A stretch of 63,513 bases of DNA, the filler included, from a bacterium (lineage in GTDB: Bacteria; JALSQH01), in assembly GCA_026985515.1 (NCBI GenBank). It is 8 parts of 8 records of this genome, joined end to end, with 100 filler letters (N's around TTAATTAATTAA, not from the genome) between each part and the next. Parts side by side here need not be neighbours in the genome. Positions count along the whole stretch, not along the records: positions 39,678 to 49,084 come from JALSQH010000027.1; positions 49,185 to 58,406 come from JALSQH010000028.1; 6 more parts are not named here. The stretch is one strand, 5' to 3'. Of the stretch, positions 43,201-52,255 are shown one piece after another. Position numbers and translations under genes: made by a program. How positions within the stretch are numbered: position 1 is the stretch's first letter; each line of letters starts with the position of its first letter. The notes beneath the pieces were generated by a model. It searched no databases. It was not told the DNA's origin and saw nothing but the letters and a program-made list of their open reading frames with translations.

Positions 43201-43602
43201 CAGGCTTACCCCATTGAGGATAAAGCGACAGAGGCTTTCACGAAACTTCTTGATGTGGCGAGGAAACTGAAAATTGAAAATGAGTGGACACAGAAGGCAA
43301 GGGAGTATCTTGCCCAGTTCAACGAGGAGTATGCCAAGAAGTACGGGAAAGAGATTTATCTCTATGCTGAAAACGATCTTTACATGACCTTTCCAAGAAC
43401 GGATGAAAAGAATAACTGGGTGAAAATAGCCAACGGGAAGGTAATTTATCTCAGGGGTGTCATAAAAAAGAAAGTTAAAATTGCCAGGAAAAAGGCTTTT
43501 TACCTTGAACAGAGGGAAATTCTGGAGAAGGGGATTGATGAAAAACTTCTCCTTGACATTTTGAATCAATCCATTCCCCTCGGAGACATTGTGGGAAAAT
43601 GA
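40222..43602 (+). CDS. Large exported multi-TPR protein resembling Myxococcus GltD/AgmU
   Basis: Signal peptide, many TPRs, C-terminal AALY.IG..Y..FA..L..APVP..L..EE...Y...LEEQA.PIE.KA.EAF segment. Confidence 0.7.
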   Translation: MKKTGFFLTVLLVVLFSGILYADNIGLEEKEIEAIKLRIRIFHEQLQERMNLIEKILNRQKKSDEEYIERIFQEKVDTIRENSREKREFLIHQLENFILENKDSPLIAEPLLMLGELYYERDNDRFLKAMDEYARQLELYSTGKIKTEPQYPKLDYSDAIELFQEFVKRFPDHRKLEEALYMEAYCYNEMGEGKKAADIFQELIIRRPSSKLVPEAYFRLGEYYFDNAQLEKAVEAYKKVLSFKTPLYDKALYKLGWTYYRLENYDAAVNYFVSVINYASSHTTSIAASMKDEAIKYIAISFNDWTGLEGLKKFMEKIGWPSYAVKVFVELGNIYEQITKYSEAIKTYNYIVERFPYYEGNLDLLIRVMNIQIKEDNLDESFRTRLKIVKLFNPESDWFKHQRDEKIREKAKKEVEKLLYEYATYFHSQGQKAKKKKEKMKNYAKAIEGYRLFLKLFPESPKITDVTSLLADLYYEIGEYEKAGELYKKITQLIADPRKKAFKDAAFSMVLAYVKWLDQYEKSPEGKKSLEKIKKLEKKMAAHVTTATYSVTVTYGDLPLPARKMIEANRYYLELFPTSPDTAKIIYKGGEIFMRYGDYEDALREFEKIVYKFPDSPLIVDAVKNVVHCFTMMNRYGELYQWSEETLRLPAGQNSEVKKILRKILSGALFKKAKNLEKEKEYIRAAETYLKLAEKYPEAEFADKAIYNAGLLYDKSGNYFKAIRTFQKLAEKYPRSRYAPLGLFLAATIYEKILDFLSAADLYIQVFTKYPHFKRAPDALYNAAVWYEKWGDTRKAAELYLKYVKTFPKRKDVGMVLFFAADNFYKSGDYKKAEALFRWYIRARYKKFRLDALYKFAQCEKKLKKWKTYYKTLRQIIKEYYKLKKAGKPVIPDYAAEAEFQFAMLVYKKYERIKLKLPMKRMKRLLKYKAAMLKKAIAAMTKVIKFASPTWTTAALYYIGAAYKHFANTLYNAPVPAHLTPEEEDIYRQTLEEQAYPIEDKATEAFTKLLDVARKLKIENEWTQKAREYLAQFNEEYAKKYGKEIYLYAENDLYMTFPRTDEKNNWVKIANGKVIYLRGVIKKKVKIARKKAFYLEQREILEKGIDEKLLLDILNQSIPLGDIVGK

Positions 43603-45224
43603 AAAGGGTACAGGTAATTACACTTTTGCTGTTAATTTCTCTTTTTACGGCTGGATGTTCACTTTTTCAAAAGGAAGCCTTTAAAAAGACAGAGAAAATG
43701 GAAACAAAGCAGGAAATTAAGGTTATCCCGGAAAAACTAAAAGAAAAAATCCCACCTGAAATTAAAACTCTTTCATCTGAAGAGCAGAAGAAATTCAAAT
43801 ACTATCTCGTATATTTACAGAGAAACCCAGAAGATGCCGATACTCACTACAATATAGGTCTCCTCTACATGAAAATGGGTTTGCTCCAGAAAGCCTATCA
43901 GGAACTATCAGAGGCTCTGAAAATTAATCCATCCCACATACCTGCTGCTGTTGCCCTTTCAGAATACTTCAGGGAGAGAGGAAAACTGAAAAAGGCTATC
44001 GAGGTTCTCGAAGAAGTCAAAAAGACCGGGGTTAAGGATCCCACACTCCAGATTGACCTTGCAATTTTATATCGTAAACTGGGGAAACTAAAAAAATCTC
44101 TTGATATTTCCATTGACACCATTAAGAAGTATGGACTGATATTTGAAGCAAGGTTCAATGTTGGCCTTGTATATTATGCGATGAAGAAGTACTACTTATC
44201 CAGAGCCGTATTTGAACAGCTGAAAGCAGATAATCCAGAAAATGCAAGGGTTCACCTGAGCCTTGGTCTGGTTTATCAGAAACTGGGAGAATTCCCTCTG
44301 GCAATAAAGGAGTATCAGCTTGCTGTGAGTTACGACACATCAGTTTATGAGGCTTACAACAATCTGGGAATTATATACCTTCTTCAGGATAAGCCCGAAG
44401 AGGCAAAAAAGGCGTTTTTACAGGCTTTAAAAGCAAACAGGAATTTCTACAACACCTATCTGAATCTCGGGATAGCCTACCGGAAACTGGGAGATTACGC
44501 AGATGCCATAAAGAGTTACAAAAAAGCAATTGAAATAAACCCTCTTCGCTACGAGGCATACTACAATCTTGCCCTTCTATATACCAGTTACTACGAAAGA
44601 CCACTTAAAGCCCTTGAAGTATGGGTTAAACTCAAGGAAATCCTCCCCCCTGACGATCCAAAGCAGGAAGAAATCGATTCACGAATCATAGAAATTGCCC
44701 CAAAGGCATGGGAAAAAATAAAAGAGATAAGCAAGGAAAAAGCCAGACTGGCATATCCTGCCGGAACGACCTATCCCGCGGGAACAACCTATCCCTCCAC
44801 CACAACTTATCCTGTCTCCGCAACCTATCCTGCAAAAGCCACCCACCCTGCAACAACCACCTATCCCGTCTCCACCACATATTCATCTGCCATAACCCAT
44901 CCTTCCTATTCACAAAAAGTAACTCACCCTTCACCAGCCACCACCTATCCGGAAAAAACGACTTCACCCGCCCCTGTTACTGCACCTGCAGGGTACAGTG
45001 AAAAAACCTCATCAGAAACATTCCCGGAAACAACAACTCAATCTGTAAACAGAAACAGGGAGAAAAAAGAGAAAACAAAAAATGAAAAGTATAAAAGTTC
45101 TGTTACAGGAGCATCAGAAAATCCTTACTCCAATCCTGCAACCACTTACTCAAAAGAAATCTCATCTGCTCCTCTCCCATCCACATCAGCTGTAAAATAC
45201 CCACCACCAGTTACCTCAAAGTGA
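43599..45224 (+). CDS. TPR lipoprotein (GltE/AglT-like by context) with Thr/Pro-rich repeat tail
   Basis: Lipobox TAGC, multiple TPRs, low-complexity C-terminus. Confidence 0.7.
   Translation: MKRVQVITLLLLISLFTAGCSLFQKEAFKKTEKMETKQEIKVIPEKLKEKIPPEIKTLSSEEQKKFKYYLVYLQRNPEDADTHYNIGLLYMKMGLLQKAYQELSEALKINPSHIPAAVALSEYFRERGKLKKAIEVLEEVKKTGVKDPTLQIDLAILYRKLGKLKKSLDISIDTIKKYGLIFEARFNVGLVYYAMKKYYLSRAVFEQLKADNPENARVHLSLGLVYQKLGEFPLAIKEYQLAVSYDTSVYEAYNNLGIIYLLQDKPEEAKKAFLQALKANRNFYNTYLNLGIAYRKLGDYADAIKSYKKAIEINPLRYEAYYNLALLYTSYYERPLKALEVWVKLKEILPPDDPKQEEIDSRIIEIAPKAWEKIKEISKEKARLAYPAGTTYPAGTTYPSTTTYPVSATYPAKATHPATTTYPVSTTYSSAITHPSYSQKVTHPSPATTYPEKTTSPAPVTAPAGYSEKTSSETFPETTTQSVNRNREKKEKTKNEKYKSSVTGASENPYSNPATTYSKEISSAPLPSTSAVKYPPPVTSK
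44754..44897 (+). repeat. 8 x 18-nt coding tandem repeat, [YH]PxxxT hexapeptide
   Basis: YPAGTT YPAGTT YPSTTT YPVSAT YPAKAT HPATTT YPVSTT YSSAIT; looser copies continue to about 44980. Confidence 0.9.
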
Positions 45225-45798
45225 AACCAAGCAATCTCTCAAGATCCTCCTTTTTCACCGCCCCTTCCCGTATGATTCTACCCTCAACAGCATCAAATAT
45301 TGTGGATGGTTCTCCATACCAGATTTCCCCCCTGACAAAGGCATCAACCTTATCTTTAAAAACTTTTATCAGCTGTTCAAAATCTTTTACTGGTTCCTCA
45401 CCCGAAATATTTGCACTTGTTGAAATAAGGGGCTTCCCCGACACCGAAATGATTCTGCGGGGTACAGGATGTGGAGAAATTCTCATAGCTACCTTCTCTC
45501 CCAGGACCTGAACAAACTTTTTCCTGGCGGGCAAGATTACTGTAAGTGGTCCCGGCCAGAATTCCCTCAACACTTTCTCCACATTCTCTGAAATCTCATC
45601 AGATAATTCATACACCATCTTCTCATCCACCAGAAGAATAAATCCCTTTTCTTCCGGACGGCCTTTGGTCACACTTATTCTTGCAACTACATCTCTGTTG
45701 AAGGGATCACCACCGATTCCATACAGTGTTTCGGTGGGATAGATTACCACCCCACCTCTCTCCACTATCCTGCCTGCCTCTTCAGGTGTGACAATCAA
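45211..45798 (-). CDS. tsaC: Threonylcarbamoyl-AMP synthase (YrdC/TsaC)
   Basis: YPTETLYG, KGRP, WPGPLT, STSANISG, PSTI. Confidence 0.93.
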   Translation of the reverse strand: MIVTPEEAGRIVERGGVVIYPTETLYGIGGDPFNRDVVARISVTKGRPEEKGFILLVDEKMVYELSDEISENVEKVLREFWPGPLTVILPARKKFVQVLGEKVAMRISPHPVPRRIISVSGKPLISTSANISGEEPVKDFEQLIKVFKDKVDAFVRGEIWYGEPSTIFDAVEGRIIREGAVKKEDLERLLGFTLR

Positions 45799-46304
45799 GA
45801 GTTGAGTTCCTCCTCAAGTTTCCTTGAATCCCTCTCAACCTTCTCCGCCATCTCACTCCTCAACTTTTCCAGATTCTGAAGAACTTTCTTATCTGTAAGA
45901 GCAAGAATGGACGCTGCAAGGTAGGCGGCATTCTTTGCCCCCATCTTCCCGACCCCCACAGTGGCAACGGGGATTCCCGGTGGCATCTGAACAATAGAGA
46001 GCAGAGAGTCAACTCCCTTAAGAGGAGAACTGTCAATAGGAACCCCTATTACCGGGAGAAGAGTTTCAGCAGCTATTACTCCTGGAAGATGAGCAGCTGC
46101 ACCAGCCCCCGCAATGATTACTCTGGCACCATCTCTCTCTGCCTCATCCACAATCCTCCTTGTTCTGTCAGGGGTACGGTGAGCAGAGGCAACTACCACC
46201 CGGAAAGTGATCCCGAGTTGTCTCAAGGTTTCCCATGTAGGACTCATGGTGTCTCTATCAGAAGCACTACCCAGTACCACAAGGACATCATATTTCCCCA
46301 TCAT
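45795..46304 (-). CDS. purE: N5-CAIR mutase
   Basis: GSASD, SAHRTP, AGAAAHLPG, QMPPGIPVAT. Confidence 0.97.
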   Translation of the reverse strand: MMGKYDVLVVLGSASDRDTMSPTWETLRQLGITFRVVVASAHRTPDRTRRIVDEAERDGARVIIAGAGAAAHLPGVIAAETLLPVIGVPIDSSPLKGVDSLLSIVQMPPGIPVATVGVGKMGAKNAAYLAASILALTDKKVLQNLEKLRSEMAEKVERDSRKLEEELNS

Positions 46305-46305
46305 T

Positions 46306-46941
46306 TCACCTCCTTACACTGCACTCAAATTGCGGATAGATAATTTCAAGATGCTGTGTCTTTCTGAGCCTGTTAATGAAATCTTTCAACCTCTTTCTCT
46401 TCTTTTCAAGTACAAGGAAATTTTTTATTTTTTCCTGCACCTCTTCAAATGGTGCATTGAATCTGTTTCTGTTCCTCTCATAATACTCCCTTACTTCTCT
46501 TTCACCAACATCAACAACCCTGAAAATGAAGTCGTCGTAGTATTTCCTTATTCTGAAAATCTGATACACAATTTCAGCAGCTGAAGTTATGGAAATTCCA
46601 TACATTCCCAGATATGGAACCGCACCCACGCTTCTTAATTTTTCCCTGGCAGTCTGAATGACTTCATTTTTATTGGGAAGTTTGTACTGTATTACATCAA
46701 GTTCCCCCCTGACAAGAAAGAAATTGACCAGATTTTCCTTTTGCTCCTGCATCGATTTTTCCACAACTTCGGGGAGAGGATTAACTCCATTTATTACAAG
46801 CTGAACAACTGTAAGCTTTTGAATATCCCAGAGAGTTACGCCTCTTCCATTCACTCTCATAATCACACAGTTCTGGTAGCTGTTTGTCACAGGATTATAG
46901 GAAAGTGCACCAATGATAAACCAGAGAAAAATAATCCTCAT
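46306..46941 (-). CDS. Exported protein with SurA N-terminal-like fold
   Basis: VNGRGVT..D, V.E.EV.EYY..N...F..PFEEV.EKI, ...LRK...I end. Confidence 0.55.
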   Translation of the reverse strand: MRIIFLWFIIGALSYNPVTNSYQNCVIMRVNGRGVTLWDIQKLTVVQLVINGVNPLPEVVEKSMQEQKENLVNFFLVRGELDVIQYKLPNKNEVIQTAREKLRSVGAVPYLGMYGISITSAAEIVYQIFRIRKYYDDFIFRVVDVGEREVREYYERNRNRFNAPFEEVQEKIKNFLVLEKKRKRLKDFINRLRKTQHLEIIYPQFECSVRR

Positions 46942-49010
46942 TTTAACTTACTGAAACAGGTTACTCTGTTTCTTCCCTTTTCCTTTGATACATAAAGTGC
47001 TTTGTCTGCATATTCTACCAGTTTCTCCGCCTGCAAACCACTGGATGTTGAAGCAACTCCAAAGCTCATGGTAACCGAGAGATACTCTCCCGGTGCGTAT
47101 TCAATCTTCTCCCTTGCCATTCTCTTTCTTATTCTTTCTGCAACCCTGCAGGCTTCCCTCTCCTTCTCAAATTTCATAACAATCACAAACTCTTCACCAC
47201 CATACCTCGCAACAAAGTCAATTTCTCTCACCTCATCTCTGATTACTGTTGCCACCTCCCTTAAAACTGTGTCGCCCGTTTTGTGCCCATAGGTATCGTT
47301 TATCTTCTTGAAATGATCGATATCACACATGATGATACTGAGGTGATACTGATGCCTTTCAATTTCACGGTAAATATTTTCAAGATAATTCTCAAGATAC
47401 CTCCTGTTGTAAAGCCCTGTCAAACCATCCTTAATGGCAAGCATCTCCATCTCTCTGTAAAGCTGGGCATTTCTTATAGTGAGTGCAAGCTGATGACCTA
47501 TTATTTCGAGGTTTCTCCTCTCATACAGGGAGAATGCCTCAGGATCTCTGGAGTAGAGCAGTATAACTCCCAGTATCTCGTCTCTGGAAAAAAGAGGTAT
47601 GCAGAGAATGGAAGAGTAATCCCTCTCCGGGAAGAGTCCCCTTTCAACTATGGGAACCCTGTTTTTCCTTCCATCAATCTTACAAACCTTTTTCTCATGA
47701 AAAACATGTTTAAGTAGCGAATTTTCAATGCTGAAACTCTTCCCTCTCACTCTCTCCTCATAATCTCCCCTCGCTGCCACGATCTTCAGAGTATTCCTTG
47801 AAGTTGTCACCCCTATAATTCCAAAATCGTAGAGTGAAAGATTGGGTAAAATTGAAAGAAGGAGATTACCCAGAGCCTCAAGATCAAGGGTGGAACTGAG
47901 CTGTTTATTCAACTCGTAAAATGCCCTCGATCTCTGCAACTCAATTGTTAACTGTTTTCTCATTTCCCCATTTTCAAGGATAAAGGTTATCTGATGAGCA
48001 ATAATTTCAAGAAGTTTCACATGCTCTTCATGAAAAGCCTGCTCAATTTTACTGTCAACAATGAGTACCCCCAGCGGCTCCTCTCCATGTAGCACCTTTA
48101 TTCCCAAAAAACTCTTTATCTCTTCGTTTCTCGTGTAGTAATCTATCCCTTTCAAGCCCGAAAACAGTTCAGATAGATGGAGATATGAAGGAGAATTAAA
48201 AACCTGTCCTATTAAACCTTCACCGGGTGAATAGCTCTTCTTTCTATTCACTTCTCCATCAGAAATATAGAGCCACGGAAGAAGCTTTTTCTTTCTCTGA
48301 GAATAGACAAAGAAAATTACTGAATAGGGTTTAAGAGAATTCTTCAGTAATCTCAATGTATGGTATATTTCCTCCTGCTGTCTCCTCTCTTCCCTCAAAG
48401 TTTGCTGTTTCAAACTCTCCTTTGAAAGGAGATCAATGGGATTATCCACCCCTGAAAGAGTTGCTCCACCAAGCCGCTGTGCCTCCCTTTCAAGTCTCTC
48501 ATAGGCACTCTCAATTTCCAGTCTCCTTGCTCTCTCCCTGAAAAAGATCAGGTTGGCAACAACCACAATAGCAAGAAGTATAAAATTAAAAAACAAAACC
48601 TCCGTACCCTGGTAAAGGTGAAAAAGGAGATAGTAAGAATCGAGCAAAAGAAGGGAAAAAAGGGTAAAAAGCATTAACCTCACCCCGGTGAGAAGAATCC
48701 CTCCCGTCATAAAAAGGAAAAAGTAAAGATACCGAATGTCCCACCTGAACTGGATAAAAACGGTCTCAAAAGATAAAACTGTGAGTAGCATCAAAAAAAG
48801 AAGAGGAAGAACTATCTTGAAAAACTTCTCTTTCTTTTCGGCAGTCAGGTAAATATACCAGCTGAAAATTCCCGTTACGACCAGGAAGTGGATCAGATTG
48901 CTCCATGACCCAATTTCTTCCCCCGGGAATACACCCGAGTAGAGGAAAATTATCGGAATAAAGAGGGGAAGAAACAGGAGAAGTTCTCTATCGCTTTTTA
49001 TCTTCATCAT
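46938..49010 (-). CDS. Membrane-bound GAF-GAF-GGDEF diguanylate cyclase (DmxA-like)
   Basis: Multi-TM N-terminus, two GAF domains, DGLTGLYNRR, DIDHFK.INDTYGH, RxxD I-site (REID), GGEEF. Confidence 0.92.
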   Translation of the reverse strand: MMKIKSDRELLLFLPLFIPIIFLYSGVFPGEEIGSWSNLIHFLVVTGIFSWYIYLTAEKKEKFFKIVLPLLFLMLLTVLSFETVFIQFRWDIRYLYFFLFMTGGILLTGVRLMLFTLFSLLLLDSYYLLFHLYQGTEVLFFNFILLAIVVVANLIFFRERARRLEIESAYERLEREAQRLGGATLSGVDNPIDLLSKESLKQQTLREERRQQEEIYHTLRLLKNSLKPYSVIFFVYSQRKKKLLPWLYISDGEVNRKKSYSPGEGLIGQVFNSPSYLHLSELFSGLKGIDYYTRNEEIKSFLGIKVLHGEEPLGVLIVDSKIEQAFHEEHVKLLEIIAHQITFILENGEMRKQLTIELQRSRAFYELNKQLSSTLDLEALGNLLLSILPNLSLYDFGIIGVTTSRNTLKIVAARGDYEERVRGKSFSIENSLLKHVFHEKKVCKIDGRKNRVPIVERGLFPERDYSSILCIPLFSRDEILGVILLYSRDPEAFSLYERRNLEIIGHQLALTIRNAQLYREMEMLAIKDGLTGLYNRRYLENYLENIYREIERHQYHLSIIMCDIDHFKKINDTYGHKTGDTVLREVATVIRDEVREIDFVARYGGEEFVIVMKFEKEREACRVAERIRKRMAREKIEYAPGEYLSVTMSFGVASTSSGLQAEKLVEYADKALYVSKEKGRNRVTCFSKLK

Positions 49011-49349
49011 TCAGAAAATGGATGTAGATTTCCCCATCTCTGACATAATTTAACTTCTTTCTGATAATTTTTTCCCTCTCTCTTNNNNNNNNNNNNNNNN
49101 NNNNNNNNNNNNNNNNNNNNNNNNNNNNTTAATTAATTAANNNNNNNNNNNNNNNNNNNNNNNNNNNNNNNNNNNNNNNNNNNNATTTTCAATCTCCTTT
49201 TGTTTTATTCTCTCAACAATAACTGCTCTGTTACGCCTTAGAGTTAAATATTCCTTCACTCCATCCGGACCCCATATCAACTGATAAATTTCAAGAATGA
49301 TCAGAAAAATGAGGACAATCCAGAGAAAATAGATCAGCTTTACTTTCAT
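48988..49349 (-). CDS. ftsB: Cell division protein FtsB/DivIC, interrupted by the assembly gap
   Basis: N-part (49349-49185): TM + WGPDG + coiled coil. C-part (49084-48988): REREKIIRKKLNYVRDGEIYIHF..., the DivIC C-terminal motif. Confidence 0.85.
49085..49184. other. Assembly spacer (short intra-scaffold gap)
   Basis: N44-TTAATTAATTAA-N44; ftsB continues across it. Confidence 0.97.
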
Positions 49350-50239
49350 ACCCCATCCTCCCTGTTACCCCTCAGGCTGAATTTTCCCGCAGGAATTTGA
49401 GGAATATTTTCAAGAATCAGAGAATTGACCACTTCCTCTCCAGCTATGTCTCTGAGCTCCCTCAATTTTCTTTTTATCTGGAAACCATTTCTGATGGATG
49501 ACCTTCCCGTGGGATCAAGAGAGGTAATAAAAGCATTCTCTCCATTTTCAAGAATATCCAGTGCAGCATCGACACTGCGGTTTATATAAAAATCCCTTCT
49601 ATCTTCGGGAATCTTGTAAATTGACCTGGTTGAAATTCTCCTTATAACATTTTTCCACGCCCTCACCCTTCTCTGTAGAGAAAGGAGATCAAAAAGCCTC
49701 CTGTTTATGGCAAATGAAAAGAGGGTTGGTTTGAGCCCGGCCCGCAAAACTTCATCATCTTCCCTGTGGGCACCCTTCTCAACCTTTCTAATACTCAACC
49801 ACACGGAGTCTGGAAAACATGTTTCAAATTTCATCTCCCAGTAGGAGTGGTTTCTCATCTTTCCATGGTAATACCTGATGAACATCTCCGGCAGGAAAAA
49901 ATTATGAGCGATCACATCCATGGCAAGATGAGAAAGATAACCCCACACAAAGGATACTTTATACTCTCTGTCTGCAAGGGTGAAAAGAGAAAAAGCAACT
50001 TCCCAGTTGTGTGAATGATTCTCCCATGTGGTATATTTCTTACCAATGATGATATCAGCGGCAAGGAGACCATAGAGAAAATCGTAAGGATACTCAACAA
50101 TCACAGCTGCCGCAGTGGAGGAAATCAGACCTGCATTTTCCAGAATCAACTGGCCAAAGTAATAGTGAGCAACACCACCCCACCCATAGAGATGGAAAGG
50201 AAAAAGCATCAAAAAAAAAGTTAAAAAAAGTAATGTCAT
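49346..50239 (-). CDS. Zinc-dependent phospholipase C family protein
   Basis: Signal peptide then WG...H; HSHNW, GYLSHL..D..AHN, H.YWE. Confidence 0.8.
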   Translation of the reverse strand: MTLLFLTFFLMLFPFHLYGWGGVAHYYFGQLILENAGLISSTAAAVIVEYPYDFLYGLLAADIIIGKKYTTWENHSHNWEVAFSLFTLADREYKVSFVWGYLSHLAMDVIAHNFFLPEMFIRYYHGKMRNHSYWEMKFETCFPDSVWLSIRKVEKGAHREDDEVLRAGLKPTLFSFAINRRLFDLLSLQRRVRAWKNVIRRISTRSIYKIPEDRRDFYINRSVDAALDILENGENAFITSLDPTGRSSIRNGFQIKRKLRELRDIAGEEVVNSLILENIPQIPAGKFSLRGNREDGV

Positions 50240-50300
50240 GTTTGCATTTACACTGATCTTATGTAAAAATTATTTTACAGGAAAGGCTCATTAAAGTAAA

Positions 50301-50966
50301 GTGAAAGAAACGATCAGAATTGCCAGAGAGTATTTGAGATTTTTGAGAGAAACAGGATACAGAGAATTCCAGCTTCCCCGTGAAAGGGAGAGGGAACTGC
50401 AGGAAAAGAAGGGGAAAATGCTTGAAGAACTTTACAGGGAATGGGATAACTGCAACCGGTGTAAATTACACCAGTGGAGAACAAATATAGTCTTTGGTGA
50501 GGGGAATCCGGCAAGTAAAGTGATTTTTATAGGCGAAGGACCGGGAGAAGAAGAAGACAGACAGGGAAGACCCTTTGTGGGAAGAGCAGGACAGTTGCTT
50601 ACACTGATGTTACAATCTATCGGGTTGAAAAGGGAGGATGTTTACATCACAAACATCGTGAAGTGCAGACCACCAAATAACAGAGAGCCTGAAAAGGATG
50701 AGGTAATTGCTTGTGCCCCCCTTCTGCAGAAACAGATTGAAATAATTGATCCACAGTTAATCGTTACCCTTGGAAAACCCGCCATAACAGCCCTATCAGG
50801 ACAGAAGATGCCCATCACAAAGATAAGGGGAAGGGTAATGGTGATAAATGGAAGAAAAGTTCTTCCCACCTACCATCCCGCCTTTTTACTCAGAAACCCA
50901 GTCAGGAAGAAGGAGGCATGGGAGGACCTGAAAACATTAAAGAAACTGCTGGAAGATATTCAATGA
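50301..50966 (+). CDS. Uracil-DNA glycosylase family 4 (4Fe-4S)
   Basis: CNRCKL, GEGPG.EED.QGRPFVG, KCRPP.NR.P, YHPA. Confidence 0.95.
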   Translation: MKETIRIAREYLRFLRETGYREFQLPRERERELQEKKGKMLEELYREWDNCNRCKLHQWRTNIVFGEGNPASKVIFIGEGPGEEEDRQGRPFVGRAGQLLTLMLQSIGLKREDVYITNIVKCRPPNNREPEKDEVIACAPLLQKQIEIIDPQLIVTLGKPAITALSGQKMPITKIRGRVMVINGRKVLPTYHPAFLLRNPVRKKEAWEDLKTLKKLLEDIQ

Positions 50967-52255
50967 AAACAGGGCTTCTGCTTCTCATTTCCCTTTTATT
51001 TCAGATAAATATCTTAGCAGCAAATAACAGGGTTCTTGTGCTGAAAATAGATGCCACAATTAATCCCGCCACAGCAGAGTACATAAAAAGTGGAATTGAA
51101 AAAGCGACAAGAGAAAATTTCCAGGCAGTTTTAATTGAACTGGATACCCCGGGTGGTTTGTTAACCTCAACAAGGGAAATCGTAAAATCTATTCTCAATT
51201 CTCCCGTACCTGTTATAGTCTACATATACCCTCCCGGTGCTCATGCGGGTTCGGCGGGGGTTTTTATAACCCTTGCAGCTCACATAGCGGCCATGGCACC
51301 CGGAACAAACATAGGAGCAGCCCATCCTATCGCTATAGGAAAGGGGAGTAAGAGCAAGAATGAGGAAATACTTTTGAAAAAGGTTGAAAACGATGCTGTT
51401 GCTTTCATTGAATCAATAGCAAAAATGAGAGGAAGAAATGTAAAATGGGCAAGAGATGCAGTGAGAAAAAGCATAACTGCCACTGCAGAGGAAGCGCTGA
51501 AGAAAAAGGTCATCGATGTCATTGCAAATTCCCCGCTGGAACTTCTTGAAAAGATTTCAGGCAGAAGTGTCGTTGTGAGGGGGAACAGGGTTACCCTCAA
51601 TACCAGCGGTGCCACCCTGATTTACTTTCCAATGAGCATGAGATACAGAATTGTCAACACACTTGCACACCCTGAACTTGCCTACATTCTTATGCTCATC
51701 GGGATGCTTGGAATCTACTTTGAACTTTCACATCCTGGAGCCATACTTCCAGGAGTGGTGGGAGGGATTGCCCTGATACTTGCAGCAATTGCCTTTCAAT
51801 TCCTCCCGATAAACACCGGGGGTCTTCTGCTGATAATCCTTGCCATGATTCTCATAGTTCTGGAACTCTTTCTGCCAACAATGGGGGTACTGGCTGTTGC
51901 CGGGGTAATTTCCTTTCTCCTCGGATCACTTCTTCTATTCAATCAATCTTCTGGAATAGAGTTGAGAAAATCTGTGATTCTCGGAAGCACAATAACCCTT
52001 GGAGGTGCAATTCTTCTTGTATCCTTCCTCATATACAAGGCTCACAGAAATCAGGTCAAAACAGGATATGAAGGATTAATCGGAGAGGAAGGAGAGGCTG
52101 TCACGGATATCGAGGAAAGGGGAAAAGTTTTTGTTCATGGAGAATACTGGGACGCATTTGCAAAGGAGAAAATTGAAAAGGGTTCCCCCGTTAAAGTTGT
52201 GGGAGTCAGGGGCATGAAACTTGAGGTTGAAAAACTTAAAAGAGAGGAGGGCTAA
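50963..52255 (+). CDS. nfeD: NfeD, long form (ClpP-like protease + TM + OB fold)
   Basis: LDTPGG, AGSAG, GTNIGAAHP, K..ND, V.V.GE.W. ATG 50963 overlaps the udg stop. Confidence 0.93.
   Translation: MKTGLLLLISLLFQINILAANNRVLVLKIDATINPATAEYIKSGIEKATRENFQAVLIELDTPGGLLTSTREIVKSILNSPVPVIVYIYPPGAHAGSAGVFITLAAHIAAMAPGTNIGAAHPIAIGKGSKSKNEEILLKKVENDAVAFIESIAKMRGRNVKWARDAVRKSITATAEEALKKKVIDVIANSPLELLEKISGRSVVVRGNRVTLNTSGATLIYFPMSMRYRIVNTLAHPELAYILMLIGMLGIYFELSHPGAILPGVVGGIALILAAIAFQFLPINTGGLLLIILAMILIVLELFLPTMGVLAVAGVISFLLGSLLLFNQSSGIELRKSVILGSTITLGGAILLVSFLIYKAHRNQVKTGYEGLIGEEGEAVTDIEERGKVFVHGEYWDAFAKEKIEKGSPVKVVGVRGMKLEVEKLKREEG

Noticed and set aside
44754-44897. 18-nt periodic array as a CRISPR or non-coding VNTR
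   Set aside because: No unique spacers, in frame with a gene, and conserved at amino-acid rather than nucleotide level.
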